DNA from: a virus
Taxonomy: Duplodnaviria > Caudoviricetes
IMG/VR virus record: IMGVR_UViG_3300028920_000023
Strand: one strand, 5' to 3'
DNA length: 64,000 nucleotides
The notes beneath the pieces were generated by a model, which saw only the letters and a list, made by a program, of their open reading frames with translations, was not told the origin of the DNA and ran no database searches. The translations under genes were made by a program, and so were the position numbers. Every line of letters begins with the position of its first letter. Within the stretch, counting starts at the first letter, position 1. Below are positions 27,660 through 37,092 of the stretch, in pieces.

Positions 27660-27915
27660 CATCTTTACCTTTCGGCTTGACCGTATTCATATAAAAAGAA
27701 GCCATACCCCTTACGGAAGCATCACCACTATCCATAGCTTTCTTCGCACAAGCAAGACACGGTCCCTTAAAACCATTTCTCTTACAATACTCCGTAAACC
27801 GGCCCTTCTCCAATTCTTTAGGCCAATCCTCATGCAACGAATCATTAATATCCTCGTTACATGTGAGAGCTATGTCGGAAGCGACGTTCTTCTGTTCTTC
27901 AGTTAATTTCTTCAT
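27643..27915 (-). CDS. hypothetical protein (90 aa) with CxxC
   Basis: GGGAG RBS on the - strand. Confidence 0.6.
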   Translation of the reverse strand: MKKLTEEQKNVASDIALTCNEDINDSLHEDWPKELEKGRFTEYCKRNGFKGPCLACAKKAMDSGDASVRGMASFYMNTVKPKGKDASDVS

Positions 27916-27947
27916 TTTTCATTCTCCCATTTATATTTGGAGGCATA

Positions 27948-28349
27948 ATGCAATACAAGACAATCACCCCAGAAGACTTTGACTTTGAAGCACATAAACA
28001 AGCAGATAAACTGGCCAGAGACTGCGATCTCTACGTGCTGAGTTATTTCGGCCTGCACACTGTGGTCTTGGAACAAAACAACGTAATAGCAGCACTATGG
28101 ATCGGCACATCCGGCAACGACTACGAATTCGTGATCTGCGTCCAGGACCAACACCGCAGACAGGGAATCTGCTCGAAGCTATCCAAAACAGCAATCCAAG
28201 AATACAAAGAAGCCTACGAAGAAGCCGGTATGCATATGAGATTAGAGGTAGTCAACAAACACCTCGTCGATATGTTGATCAGGGAGGGGTTTGTGGTGAA
28301 AGAAGAACTTCACGATAGGACCATTATGGTCCAACCAAAGGAGGACTAA
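27948..28349 (+). CDS. GNAT-family acetyltransferase
   Basis: ICVQDQHRRQGI acetyl-CoA-binding motif A. Confidence 0.75.
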   Translation: MQYKTITPEDFDFEAHKQADKLARDCDLYVLSYFGLHTVVLEQNNVIAALWIGTSGNDYEFVICVQDQHRRQGICSKLSKTAIQEYKEAYEEAGMHMRLEVVNKHLVDMLIREGFVVKEELHDRTIMVQPKED

Positions 28350-28804
28350 TGGACATAGGAAGCCCAGAATTCGAAAACTTCGTCTTCTGTAAAACCATAT
28401 GGCGCAATATCCTCCACCACTATAGGGAGAGCCTTGACAGAAAGAAAGCCGTCGAGCAATGTATCAAGATGGCCAATGACGCTCACGAAGACGGCTTCAT
28501 AACAGAAAGCCAGAAAGAAACCATACTCGCCAAAATAAAGGACTGGGAATTTATGACCTTCGAGCAATTCAAGGAACAGTACGAAACAGGACTCGAGCAA
28601 ATCCTGTACGAAGTGTACACAAAAGCCCGAGAACACTTCAAAGAATGCCCAGGGGACTTTTGTGTACAGCACATCGGAGAAACCAGCATCGTGTTCGGAA
28701 GTACAAACCGGTTGATCTGGTCAATCCATAACGGGTTCGTAGTGGACATGAGTTACTGCACCGAAACATTCATCGACCACGCCAAGAAGATCAAAAGGAG
28801 ATGA
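28349..28804 (+). CDS. hypothetical protein (151 aa)
   Basis: GGAGGA RBS. Confidence 0.7.
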   Translation: MDIGSPEFENFVFCKTIWRNILHHYRESLDRKKAVEQCIKMANDAHEDGFITESQKETILAKIKDWEFMTFEQFKEQYETGLEQILYEVYTKAREHFKECPGDFCVQHIGETSIVFGSTNRLIWSIHNGFVVDMSYCTETFIDHAKKIKRR

Positions 28805-28805
28805 C

Positions 28806-29003
28806 ATGGCCAAATGTGCTACATGCGGTAAAGAAATGCCAGACGAACGACTAGAATACGGCCTCACGCACTGCAGCAACTGCACCAACCAAACCAAAGC
28901 ATACGGCGTGATGGAATACGGCCACAAAACAGCAGGAGTACTGATCATCACCGACGAAAGCGGATACCACGAACTACGAAAAACCGCCAGTCAGAGGAGA
29001 TGA
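28806..29003 (+). CDS. DksA/TraR-like C4 zinc-finger protein
   Basis: CATCGKEMPDERL...CSNC. Confidence 0.7.
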   Translation: MAKCATCGKEMPDERLEYGLTHCSNCTNQTKAYGVMEYGHKTAGVLIITDESGYHELRKTASQRR

Positions 29004-29004
29004 C

Positions 29005-29406
29005 ATGGACCAAGCACAAGAAATAACCAAAATCCTAATCCAATCTGGCATACTGAAACACAAGCACATCCTGCAGACCATAGAGACAGCAAGCAAATCA
29101 AACGAAATTGCAGGAACAAAAGTCGCTCACCTCCTCGGCTTCCATCAACTCGAATCGAAAGGCCCAGACCTAACAAGAAACATGGCAGAACTTCTAGAGA
29201 TACAACTTCTGGAAGAAGGAATCTATCCGGAAGAAATCGAAGAAACTTTGACCGGGCACCAGCGGATCAAAATAGGGAACAAAGACGTTGAAATCAGCCC
29301 CTATTATATGGATGGGGAAAAGAAATATGTCTACGTGATTATCAACAACGAACAATCCTTCGTAATGCCAGCAATACCAAAAATGCTGGCCCGCTACTTG
29401 TCCTGA
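29005..29406 (+). CDS. hypothetical protein (133 aa)
   Basis: GAGGAG RBS. Confidence 0.7.
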   Translation: MDQAQEITKILIQSGILKHKHILQTIETASKSNEIAGTKVAHLLGFHQLESKGPDLTRNMAELLEIQLLEEGIYPEEIEETLTGHQRIKIGNKDVEISPYYMDGEKKYVYVIINNEQSFVMPAIPKMLARYLS

Positions 29407-29423
29407 AGGGACCATAAGCCGAC

Positions 29424-29711
29424 GTGAGCACTTTCATCATTAGCAACAAAGACGATGATCGCACCTGGATCTGTCAAAATATCAATGATCTGGTCAAGGA
29501 CTTATGGGGGAAGGATCTCGATAACTGGGCAATTTATCTCGTACACAAAGGACAGGTACGCGAAATCGTCTTGAAATCTCGCAATCTGCATCTTGTTCTA
29601 GAACAATTAGACGAGGCTGTGGTTACAGCCGCTCTAGAAAACAAAGGACAAAAAGATAGCCTCGATAAATCAAGAGCAGCTATCATCAACAGCCGCATAC
29701 TGGACCTCTAG
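29424..29711 (+). CDS. hypothetical protein ending in RILDL
   Basis: GTG start; C-terminal tag. Confidence 0.65.
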   Translation: MSTFIISNKDDDRTWICQNINDLVKDLWGKDLDNWAIYLVHKGQVREIVLKSRNLHLVLEQLDEAVVTAALENKGQKDSLDKSRAAIINSRILDL

Positions 29712-29720
29712 GAGAAACAA

Positions 29721-30134
29721 ATGCAATTCAAGATACTCAAAAGATCGGTACGACCGCACGAAGAACTTAAACTAATCGAAGCAGATAACCCTGAGCAGGC
29801 AAAACAGAGGGCGCTCTGCGGAGATGGCAGAACAGTGAAGGAAGAAACCCTACCCTCACACACAACAGTATACTTCGAACACGAACGGGGCAAAATCATC
29901 GACCCCAAACACATCAACGACCTATGGGAAGCCCTACACGAAGCAGATACAGCATTCGCCTGTATCGCAATCTGCGATAAACAGGGTGGGAAATTGGTCC
30001 TCACGCCACAAGCAGAAAAGGCGTTTCTAGAAGCGCGAGAGAAAGTACAGGACGCTATTGCTGCAGTGAGACCCAACGGGATGTACGCCCTAGCGGTAGA
30101 GAACGCAAGAAAAATACGTAAGCAAACCCAATAA
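29721..30134 (+). CDS. hypothetical protein (137 aa)
   Basis: AGGAG RBS. Confidence 0.7.
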   Translation: MQFKILKRSVRPHEELKLIEADNPEQAKQRALCGDGRTVKEETLPSHTTVYFEHERGKIIDPKHINDLWEALHEADTAFACIAICDKQGGKLVLTPQAEKAFLEAREKVQDAIAAVRPNGMYALAVENARKIRKQTQ

Positions 30135-30144
30135 CGGAGGAAAC

Positions 30145-30333
30145 ATGGCCAAAGCAACTCGACGAAATCTCTGGAAAGCAGCGGAACGAATTATCAAAAG
30201 AGATAAAGAATTAATCAATCAAGTAGGACAAGGCAAAACCGGAGACGAACTGATCTTAGAAGTCGCAAACCACATCAGAGCACGCACCGGAAAATACCTA
30301 CACCTGCCGCCTTTGGTTAAGCCACCAGTATAA
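30145..30333 (+). CDS. hypothetical protein (62 aa)
   Basis: GGAGG RBS. Confidence 0.6.
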   Translation: MAKATRRNLWKAAERIIKRDKELINQVGQGKTGDELILEVANHIRARTGKYLHLPPLVKPPV

Positions 30334-30361
30334 TCTTTCTAGGCGGTAAGCGCCACGATTG

Positions 30362-30422
30362 AGCGCGGGCGGGGCGTATCCGCACCCGCCCACGGGCGCT
30401 GCTTGCCGCCCCGTAAGCGACG
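30362..30422 (+). repeat. GC-rich leader element (family C)
   Basis: GCTTGC-N6-GTAAGC-GACG hairpin, similar to the - strand copies at 34.7, 34.9 and 39.3 kb. Confidence 0.6.
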
Positions 30423-30427
30423 CGCCG

Positions 30428-30479
30428 CCCGCCACCGGCACCCGCCACCGGCACCCGCCACCGGCACCCGCCACCGGCA
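30428..30479 (+). repeat. 4 exact tandem copies of the 13-mer CCCGCCACCGGCA
   Basis: Read directly from the sequence. Confidence 0.95.
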
Positions 30480-30553
30480 GGGCACCACCAAGGACACCGG
30501 GCCAAGCTACGCGCCACAATACGGGCACGACCAGCACAAAAGGAGACAAGGAC

Positions 30554-31621
30554 ATGCTAAAAGCCCTCAACATACTGGCCAAAGAACTCGGCATCAAAAA
30601 ACAAAGCGGAACAGGAGCAATAACCTACGGAGACCTCTTCATAAAATCCAACCCATACCCGGACAAAATGGAATTACAACTAACGACAATACACAGAGCA
30701 CTCTGGTGCGACGGGAACTACATCAAATACGTGTTGAACCCAACAGAAGAACAAAAAAGACAAGCGATACTATCAAACTCTATGGCGATTCGCTTCATCA
30801 AAGACATTTCGGAAGATCTCATTGAGCTGGCCCTGGGGCTCTCCACAAACGGAGATGTGCTCAAATTCATCCCACAATATACAGAAGACCAGGGACAAGA
30901 TCTAGTCATGAGACAATCCGAGCGCAGAATCTTCACAGCGCTAAGAAAAAACGGATCAGCAATCAAACACGTAAAAGAACCAACCAAAGCAATGAAACTA
31001 ACCGCAGTAGCCAGATCCAAAGGCGCTCTAAAATGGATCAAAGACCTCGACCCAGAAATAATCAGAGAGGCAATATCGAACGGAGCAAGCCTAAAGCTGG
31101 TCCCCCCGGAACAAAGAACTCTCGATATGTGTTATATCGCCTCACGCAAAGCATACCTGACGTTGCCGTTGAACGAGCATATACCAACAGAACACAGACT
31201 GAAAGTCCTCGAATTCATCCTAGAACGACAACCATACATCCAGGGCAAATTGACCGACAAAGCCCGTGTTGTTCTCTCGATTGCCCTGTCTAGAAGTTCG
31301 GGCCAGAGTCTCTATCATATAAGAGACTACATAAAGCAAATGCTCCCCCGGATGGGGAATCCAACAGACAAACAGATGGAAGCTATAGAACGCTATATCA
31401 TGGCATATCAAGACCATTACGACCCCTGTTGCTGGACTGTCTTAGCCAGAATAGGAGTAGACAGCGCAAAAATCGCCCTAGACCTGAAAGACACCGGTCT
31501 TAATATGCTCGTGACCGGGACCATGGTCCAAGTTGACCTAAACGAGCCCAACCCCGAAGTTGACCCCGTCGAGATTTTGTTGAACTACATCAGAACAGCC
31601 AGAAAGGAGAAAACAACTTAA
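30554..31621 (+). CDS. protein with degenerate DUF4116-like repeats
   Basis: AAAGGAG RBS; NPTEEQ..AI..N..AIRFI and KNGSAIKHVKEPT repeats. Confidence 0.75.
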   Translation: MLKALNILAKELGIKKQSGTGAITYGDLFIKSNPYPDKMELQLTTIHRALWCDGNYIKYVLNPTEEQKRQAILSNSMAIRFIKDISEDLIELALGLSTNGDVLKFIPQYTEDQGQDLVMRQSERRIFTALRKNGSAIKHVKEPTKAMKLTAVARSKGALKWIKDLDPEIIREAISNGASLKLVPPEQRTLDMCYIASRKAYLTLPLNEHIPTEHRLKVLEFILERQPYIQGKLTDKARVVLSIALSRSSGQSLYHIRDYIKQMLPRMGNPTDKQMEAIERYIMAYQDHYDPCCWTVLARIGVDSAKIALDLKDTGLNMLVTGTMVQVDLNEPNPEVDPVEILLNYIRTARKEKTT

Positions 31622-31665
31622 ACAAGAATGCTAGACAGGTAGAACAACCAAAAAGGAGAGAAAGC

Positions 31666-31857
31666 ATGGCCAAAATAATCGTCAAGATCAATAAAGAAGG
31701 AACCAAGACAACCGCCAAAGTGGAGGGAGTCTACGGAAGCGGTTGTCAGGACCTGACCAAAGCCCTAGAGGATCGACTGGGCATGGTCGAAGAGGATCAA
31801 GAAACAGAAGATATGTACCTCGACCAAGCGACCGAAACACAAGAATTAGGTCTGTGA
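31666..31857 (+). CDS. DUF2997-like protein
   Basis: IIVKI..G.....VEG..G..C..LT..LE..LG. Confidence 0.75.
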   Translation: MAKIIVKINKEGTKTTAKVEGVYGSGCQDLTKALEDRLGMVEEDQETEDMYLDQATETQELGL

Positions 31858-31895
31858 TATACTCCGTAAGCTCGGGACACACCCGAAAAATAGTA

Positions 31896-32171
31896 ATGAA
31901 CGACACCTTCGGGCACCTTGCGCCCGAAGAGAGAAGGAAATATCACGGCACAATAGTAGCTGCCCTGGGGTGCTTTGGCTACACAGCCTGTATCGAATGC
32001 AAATTCCCCGGACTGCCTTCATCGCCATGGTTCTATAGCGACCTGCAAGAATTCCTCCCCAAAATCCTTAAGAAAGAAGGGATTGTTCGCTGGGAGGGAT
32101 ATTATTTCAAGTACAAAAACGGGAACCACCGATTCTCAGGAAAAGCGAAGGAAATCATACTTCCTGCCTAA
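31896..32171 (+). CDS. hypothetical protein (91 aa)
   Basis: Protein-like ORF; weak RBS. Confidence 0.55.
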   Translation: MNDTFGHLAPEERRKYHGTIVAALGCFGYTACIECKFPGLPSSPWFYSDLQEFLPKILKKEGIVRWEGYYFKYKNGNHRFSGKAKEIILPA

Positions 32172-32249
32172 CCCGGAAAGGAGACAACATGGTCGGATCT
32201 GACCTGTTCAGGAGGTGTGATGACCGGCTGCACCCAAAAAGGAGATAAG

Positions 32250-32546
32250 ATGACAGACAAACGGCTAACCACAGCCCTGGTAAAACACATGCTCACCCAG
32301 GAATTTAGCGACAATGGGACCTGGGGCGGCAACAGAACAGAAGCGATCTACCTAATCGCCTCCTTGCCAAAGGAGCAAAAGGACCGCTTCTACATCTCGT
32401 TTCTCATCAAATTCGGGCAGAAACTCCGAGAGGTTCTAGACGACAGAGAAATGAGTCTCGCTAGCCCCGAAGACATCGAGAAAGCCAAAGAGGCATTCTC
32501 TCAGCATAACCCAAAATTCACCGGTAGGTTTCTACTGCCGTCATAA
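32250..32546 (+). CDS. hypothetical protein (98 aa)
   Basis: AAAGGAG RBS. Confidence 0.65.
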   Translation: MTDKRLTTALVKHMLTQEFSDNGTWGGNRTEAIYLIASLPKEQKDRFYISFLIKFGQKLREVLDDREMSLASPEDIEKAKEAFSQHNPKFTGRFLLPS

Positions 32547-32593
32547 CACTTTGCATCACTCTGATTCCTAGATAGGACACGTCAGGAGGAACA

Positions 32594-32854
32594 ATGAAAA
32601 AGATCATCAAAATCAGCCCGGACGGGAAGAATATCTCCTACGTCCACGACGACAGACTAACCGGAATGATGAAACACGGCGAAGCCAAGATAACCAGAGC
32701 CTCGCACGTCGAGCCAACCCCAGACAACAAATGGACAGCAGACCTCAGCCCAGTAAAAGGACCAATCCTAGGTCCATACAACACGAGAACTGGAGCACTG
32801 GAAGCCGAGATAAACTGGCTCAACAACAACGGACTAGGCGAATCCGAGAACTGA
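32594..32854 (+). CDS. conserved hypothetical protein (RASHVEP family)
   Basis: RASHVEP...W.ADLSPV.GP.LGP...R..AL.AE..WL motif, which I recall beside DUF1257/DUF2997/AAA genes. Confidence 0.8.
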   Translation: MKKIIKISPDGKNISYVHDDRLTGMMKHGEAKITRASHVEPTPDNKWTADLSPVKGPILGPYNTRTGALEAEINWLNNNGLGESEN

Positions 32855-32889
32855 AGAGAAACGAATCAGCAGAGCACGTCTCTGCTGAA
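32851..32889 (+). repeat. hammerhead-core-like element, type B
   Basis: CTGAAGA-G AAA C-GAA-TCAGCAGAG cacgt CTCTGCTGA-A; its TGA is the upstream stop. Confidence 0.85.
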
Positions 32890-33029
32890 CAAACCACGAA
32901 AGGAGAAAAGACATGAGCGCTGACAGGCGAAAACGACAAAGGGAAAAGGACCAATAACCCTTTTTCTTTGTCGTTGCTAAAACCTACTGGCCCCAAAAGT
33001 ATCCAGACATAAATTAACAGGAACAAAAA

Positions 33030-33734
33030 ATGCTCGTAAGAATCACCAACCAATGCAACATGCAATGCGGACACTGCATGGTAGAAGCAACACCACAAGG
33101 CAAACACATGACAGAAGAAACATTCATACAAACCCTCCTCTTCATCCAGAAAGGACCAACCCCAATAGTCCTGATCAGCGGCGGAGAACCAACACAACAC
33201 CCGCAGATAACAGAATTTCTAGAACAGACCAAAAAAGCACAACTAACACCACTACTATTAAGCAACGGTCAATTCCTACACCAAAACCCAGAACTAAGAG
33301 AAAAAATACTGTCCCTAGTACACAGCGTACAGGTAACAAACGACCCGAGATACTACCCAGAACACGTGCCAGACTACGACCACCCAAAAGTCACAATCGT
33401 AAGAAAACTGCTCCAGCTATCACCACACGGCAGACAAAAAGGAAAACCAACAAACCGAACAGCACCAGAATGCTACAACCTTAGGACGTTAATAAAACAC
33501 GGATACAGCTTCGACCAAGCCAAAATCACCCTGATGTCCAAAATGAAATTCTGCACCCCAAGCATAAACATCAACGGAACAATCGTAGCCGGAGAAGCAC
33601 CCTCCTGCGCCGCCATAGGGCACATAACAGACGACCCCACCACCATAACGAAAAATGTGCGGGAATTGGATTGTGATAATTGCGGGCTTTCTAAGAATCT
33701 TCCTGAAGAATTGCGCAAGGCTGGTGGTTATTGA
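33030..33734 (+). CDS. radical SAM protein with C-terminal Cys-rich (Twitch/SPASM-like) part
   Basis: CNMQCGHC (CxxxCxxC); SGGEPT; further cysteines. Confidence 0.9.
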   Translation: MLVRITNQCNMQCGHCMVEATPQGKHMTEETFIQTLLFIQKGPTPIVLISGGEPTQHPQITEFLEQTKKAQLTPLLLSNGQFLHQNPELREKILSLVHSVQVTNDPRYYPEHVPDYDHPKVTIVRKLLQLSPHGRQKGKPTNRTAPECYNLRTLIKHGYSFDQAKITLMSKMKFCTPSININGTIVAGEAPSCAAIGHITDDPTTITKNVRELDCDNCGLSKNLPEELRKAGGY

Positions 33735-34432
33735 CAATATTTACTGTGGAAAGAAGGTTCGGGCGGAAAGAAGGTTTCGACTGGAACAAACAACCCAGGT
33801 TCAGACTCACTTGGAACAAGCAACCCAGGTCTAAACTTCGCAATAAAATCAAAAACCTTCGCCCTACAATTCTTACCAAACTCAGGATCACATATCGGCA
33901 AGAATATATCTAAAGTACTGGGCCTAACAGGTGTCTTGTGCGAGGGAACCCTAACCATACCATCTTTGTATAACAAACAAAAGTTAAAATCACCTACACG
34001 TAACCAAACCTGTAAATCAAGATTACAATTCAGATCGGACACAACCTCCATACCAGTAGATTCATTAATCAACTTCTCAACCATATTAAAGACATCAACA
34101 CGATCACTAAGAACCTCAGGCAAATATTCACGAACACAATCCCTAAAAGAATAAATAAACCCAGGATCTAGAGAATCCAGCTCAACACCACCAACAGTAA
34201 CAACATCACCATCTGCATAAAAAACCAAATTAGAATCCAGTCTAGCTTCGTAAACAGCGTCTATCGTACATCCTATAACGAACGACGAATGCCCATCACA
34301 ACTGATAACACTACCCCCAGGCAGTTTTCGACAGACAATATCAGACTTAATACCAAAGAAAGGGCGAACATCCGTCCTGTAGGCCTGCCACAGAGCGCGT
34401 GAAATTTTGTTCTCTACGCCCATAGTGAACAT
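33728..34432 (-). CDS. hypothetical protein (234 aa)
   Basis: Long ORF convergent with the radical SAM gene. Confidence 0.7.
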   Translation of the reverse strand: MFTMGVENKISRALWQAYRTDVRPFFGIKSDIVCRKLPGGSVISCDGHSSFVIGCTIDAVYEARLDSNLVFYADGDVVTVGGVELDSLDPGFIYSFRDCVREYLPEVLSDRVDVFNMVEKLINESTGMEVVSDLNCNLDLQVWLRVGDFNFCLLYKDGMVRVPSHKTPVRPSTLDIFLPICDPEFGKNCRAKVFDFIAKFRPGLLVPSESEPGLFVPVETFFPPEPSFHSKYCQ

Positions 34433-34436
34433 ATGT

Positions 34437-34631
34437 TTACAGTAGCGCTCTTACGAAACAGTCTTTTGCCTCTAGGAGTTTTCTTAGACCTGCGTTTTTT
34501 TCTGCGCAGTCTGGTAGTTCTTCGTCCATTTTTGTGGCTAATTCGCAGATTGGTTTGCTTGTTTTCTGTAGTTTTTCTGGCAGGTGTTCGTACTCGAAGT
34601 ATTTCATGATTGGATTGATCGTTTTGTTCAT
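34437..34631 (-). CDS. small conserved phage protein, Acb2/Tad1-hairpin-like
   Basis: YFEYEHLP...LRKLLEAKDCFVRA; AAAGGAG RBS. Confidence 0.75.
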   Translation of the reverse strand: MNKTINPIMKYFEYEHLPEKLQKTSKPICELATKMDEELPDCAEKNAGLRKLLEAKDCFVRALL

Positions 34632-34710
34632 TTTTTCTCCTTTGGGTTATTTACTATCACCCACAAACCAGAACACAACCGCGCCACCACCAGCACGCGC
34701 CGCCACCACC

Positions 34711-34798
34711 CCCGTCGCTTGCAGACGAGCAAACGGACGGCACTCCTGCACCGGCACGGTATGCCGGTACCGCCACCGCCGCGCTCGGTCGTCATCAA
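34711..34798 (-). repeat. GC-rich leader element (family C), copy 1
   Basis: Imperfect direct repeat of 34874-34961 (period 163 nt). Confidence 0.85.
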
Positions 34799-34873
34799 GG
34801 GGCCAGAGAAAGACATCTTGGTACCGAAATGAAGGCCGACCGCCACCGGCGCGTCTGCCGCACCACCGCCGCC

Positions 34874-34961
34874 CCCGTCGCTTGCAGACGAGCAAGCGGA
34901 CGCGCCTCCCGGACGGGCACGGTATGCCGGTACCGGCACCGGCGCACTCGGTCGTCATCAA
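34874..34961 (-). repeat. GC-rich leader element (family C), copy 2
   Basis: CCCGTCGCTTGCAGACGAGCAAGCGGACG...; palindrome TGCCGGTACCGGCA. Confidence 0.85.
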
Positions 34962-35851
34962 GACGGCGTAGTAAAATTATTCGAGCCAAGCCAATTCGGA
35001 TCAAGATACGGAGTAACATAACCGATCAGGCCAATGCCATACTTCGCAGCAACCGATCTCCTATATTCAAGATCGGAGAATTGGAACATCTTCTTCGGTT
35101 CCTGAACCAATCGGCCATCATGCACCACAACATTCCCGGATTTCGGAGAGCCAAGCTCCTTCAACATATCAAGATTACCGGGGCTAACATCGTCCCTACC
35201 ATCAGTCGAATCGCGACGATCCAAAGGCATAGCAGCTCCACACTTCGTGCAAAAACATTCCATCTGCTCTACATAATCCTTGGGAGTGCGTTTCCACCAG
35301 CCGGGTTCTATCGGCCACCCCCTAACACCCATTAGAGCGCCAAAAGCGGCCGCTACTTCACAAAAATAAGCACCATTCGGTGTGATAGACGCACTCCAAG
35401 TATTCTGAACCCAACAATGATCTATCCAATACCACATTAGGTCCTTATCTTTGGCAACCTCGTCGGAGGCTACCAAAAGAGGAGCATGCATGATACCAGG
35501 TTTACTATGGTCATTCAGATAGATCGCGTTAAAGGTCTGGACGATAATCTCTCTGTAATGTTCTTTTCCTTTGGGGAGGGTGGTCCAGAGACCCATCCTA
35601 GATCGGTCCACCTTAGATCGTATATGCTCGCATATTTCTCCGAATTTGGGATGAAGGAGTGGTTCTCCTCCGGTTATCCCTATTCTGTTTGGTGCTTCTA
35701 TGACGCTATCTAGCGCATCTGCGAATTGATCTAGGTCCATCACGAATGGATGTTTGTGATGCCCGACTAGCCTCGTGCAGTTTGAACACCTATACAAGCA
35801 ATTGTTCGTTATTTCGATCTGGATGATATCCAGATCCGCTATACATTTCAT
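34958..35851 (-). CDS. radical SAM protein
   Basis: ITNNCLYRCSNC; GITGGEPLLHP. Confidence 0.9.
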   Translation of the reverse strand: MKCIADLDIIQIEITNNCLYRCSNCTRLVGHHKHPFVMDLDQFADALDSVIEAPNRIGITGGEPLLHPKFGEICEHIRSKVDRSRMGLWTTLPKGKEHYREIIVQTFNAIYLNDHSKPGIMHAPLLVASDEVAKDKDLMWYWIDHCWVQNTWSASITPNGAYFCEVAAAFGALMGVRGWPIEPGWWKRTPKDYVEQMECFCTKCGAAMPLDRRDSTDGRDDVSPGNLDMLKELGSPKSGNVVVHDGRLVQEPKKMFQFSDLEYRRSVAAKYGIGLIGYVTPYLDPNWLGSNNFTTPS

Positions 35852-35866
35852 GTTTCGCCTAGCGAA

Positions 35867-36157
35867 CTAGAGTGAGCCGACCGGCGGAAGCCCTATTTTC
35901 TGGGCAGCTATTTCGACTTCCTTAGCTGCCTCTTCCGTAGCTCCCTTCAGATCCAAAAGAGCGTGTCGGATTCTCTGTATATCGCCTGTTTTGGCATTCT
36001 GCAATAATTGCCTACCATTGAGTATACACCATTTGGCTAGTTTGCCTACGTCATCTAGATTGCCATCTGGTTTTCCATCCATGTCTCTTTCGGAGAGTAC
36101 GTTAGAGACCGATTCTTTAATATCGTTGTCCAGTGTGTTCAGGTCTATGTATTCCAT
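35867..36157 (-). CDS. hypothetical protein (96 aa)
   Basis: GGGAG RBS. Confidence 0.7.
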   Translation of the reverse strand: MEYIDLNTLDNDIKESVSNVLSERDMDGKPDGNLDDVGKLAKWCILNGRQLLQNAKTGDIQRIRHALLDLKGATEEAAKEVEIAAQKIGLPPVGSL

Positions 36158-36274
36158 ATTTGTCTCCCTTTCCTATATTTTTGATGAGTATCCGGATGAT
36201 ACAATCTACCCAAGGAGTACTTGTTCCTTAAGGAACTCATGCTCGATGTGCAAAAATAGGGTGGAGGACACCAT

Positions 36275-36709
36275 ATGGATATCTGTGAACTCGATACTTA
36301 CTCCTTCTGGAAACTAGGAACACCATCAGATCACAACGAACTACCGGATGCACTACCGCTAGGCACAACACCGGAAGTATTAAAGAGAATTGGATCACTT
36401 CCCGAGATATACCACTGGACAGCAGGACCCGGCAAACACAAGAAACTGGTCAGTCTCCCAATCGTAAGACTACTATGGGGAAAAGAAGGCGACTTCAAAA
36501 TAACGCTCAGAATCAAACCAGAAATATCGCCACTATTAGACAAAGACGAACGACTCGTATACAGCATAGACGTATCCAGCACAGCAGACGAAAAAGACTT
36601 CTTCCGGTTATACGTCCAACTAAGAGAACATTTCGGGGTCACACTCTTTAGCGAAATACGGCGTCAGTTCATCGAGATACAAGAATTCCGACAATGGTGT
36701 AGATCATGA
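36275..36709 (+). CDS. hypothetical protein (144 aa)
   Basis: GGAGG RBS. Confidence 0.7.
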   Translation: MDICELDTYSFWKLGTPSDHNELPDALPLGTTPEVLKRIGSLPEIYHWTAGPGKHKKLVSLPIVRLLWGKEGDFKITLRIKPEISPLLDKDERLVYSIDVSSTADEKDFFRLYVQLREHFGVTLFSEIRRQFIEIQEFRQWCRS

Positions 36710-37005
36710 GAAAAAAGAGAAAATGCATAATCGAAGGCTGCGAAGCACAACAACTAGCAAGAGGCTGGTGCAGAAGGCATTACAACGAATGGTACAGATC
36801 AGGTGATATCGACACAGAAAGAGAAAAACACAAACATTACTCAAAACGCGTCAACGAGCTGGACAGACGAAAATCACTAGAACAAGAACTCCAAGAGACA
36901 AGAGCAATCTATGACGCCGTAATAGGGACAAAAAATCGTCTGAATTGGCGCAGAAAATTATTAGAACTAGAACTAGAAGCTTCAGAAGCCGGTCTTTGCA
37001 CATGA
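36706..37005 (+). CDS. protein with C-x4-C...C-x2-H zinc module and coiled coil
   Basis: CIIEGC....ARGWCRRHY. Confidence 0.7.
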   Translation: MRKKRKCIIEGCEAQQLARGWCRRHYNEWYRSGDIDTEREKHKHYSKRVNELDRRKSLEQELQETRAIYDAVIGTKNRLNWRRKLLELELEASEAGLCT

Positions 37006-37079
37006 CCTTTCCTTCTTGGAAAGGTCCCCAGGTGGCCACCATATGGAGCCTTAGCCAGGGACGGCCCCGGCCACCTGGG
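37004..37079. terminator. two hairpins between convergent genes
   Basis: GACCTTTCC/GGAAAGGTC and CCCAGGTGGCC/GGCCACCTGGG. Confidence 0.5.
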
Positions 37080-37092
37080 CACCCAAGTCACC

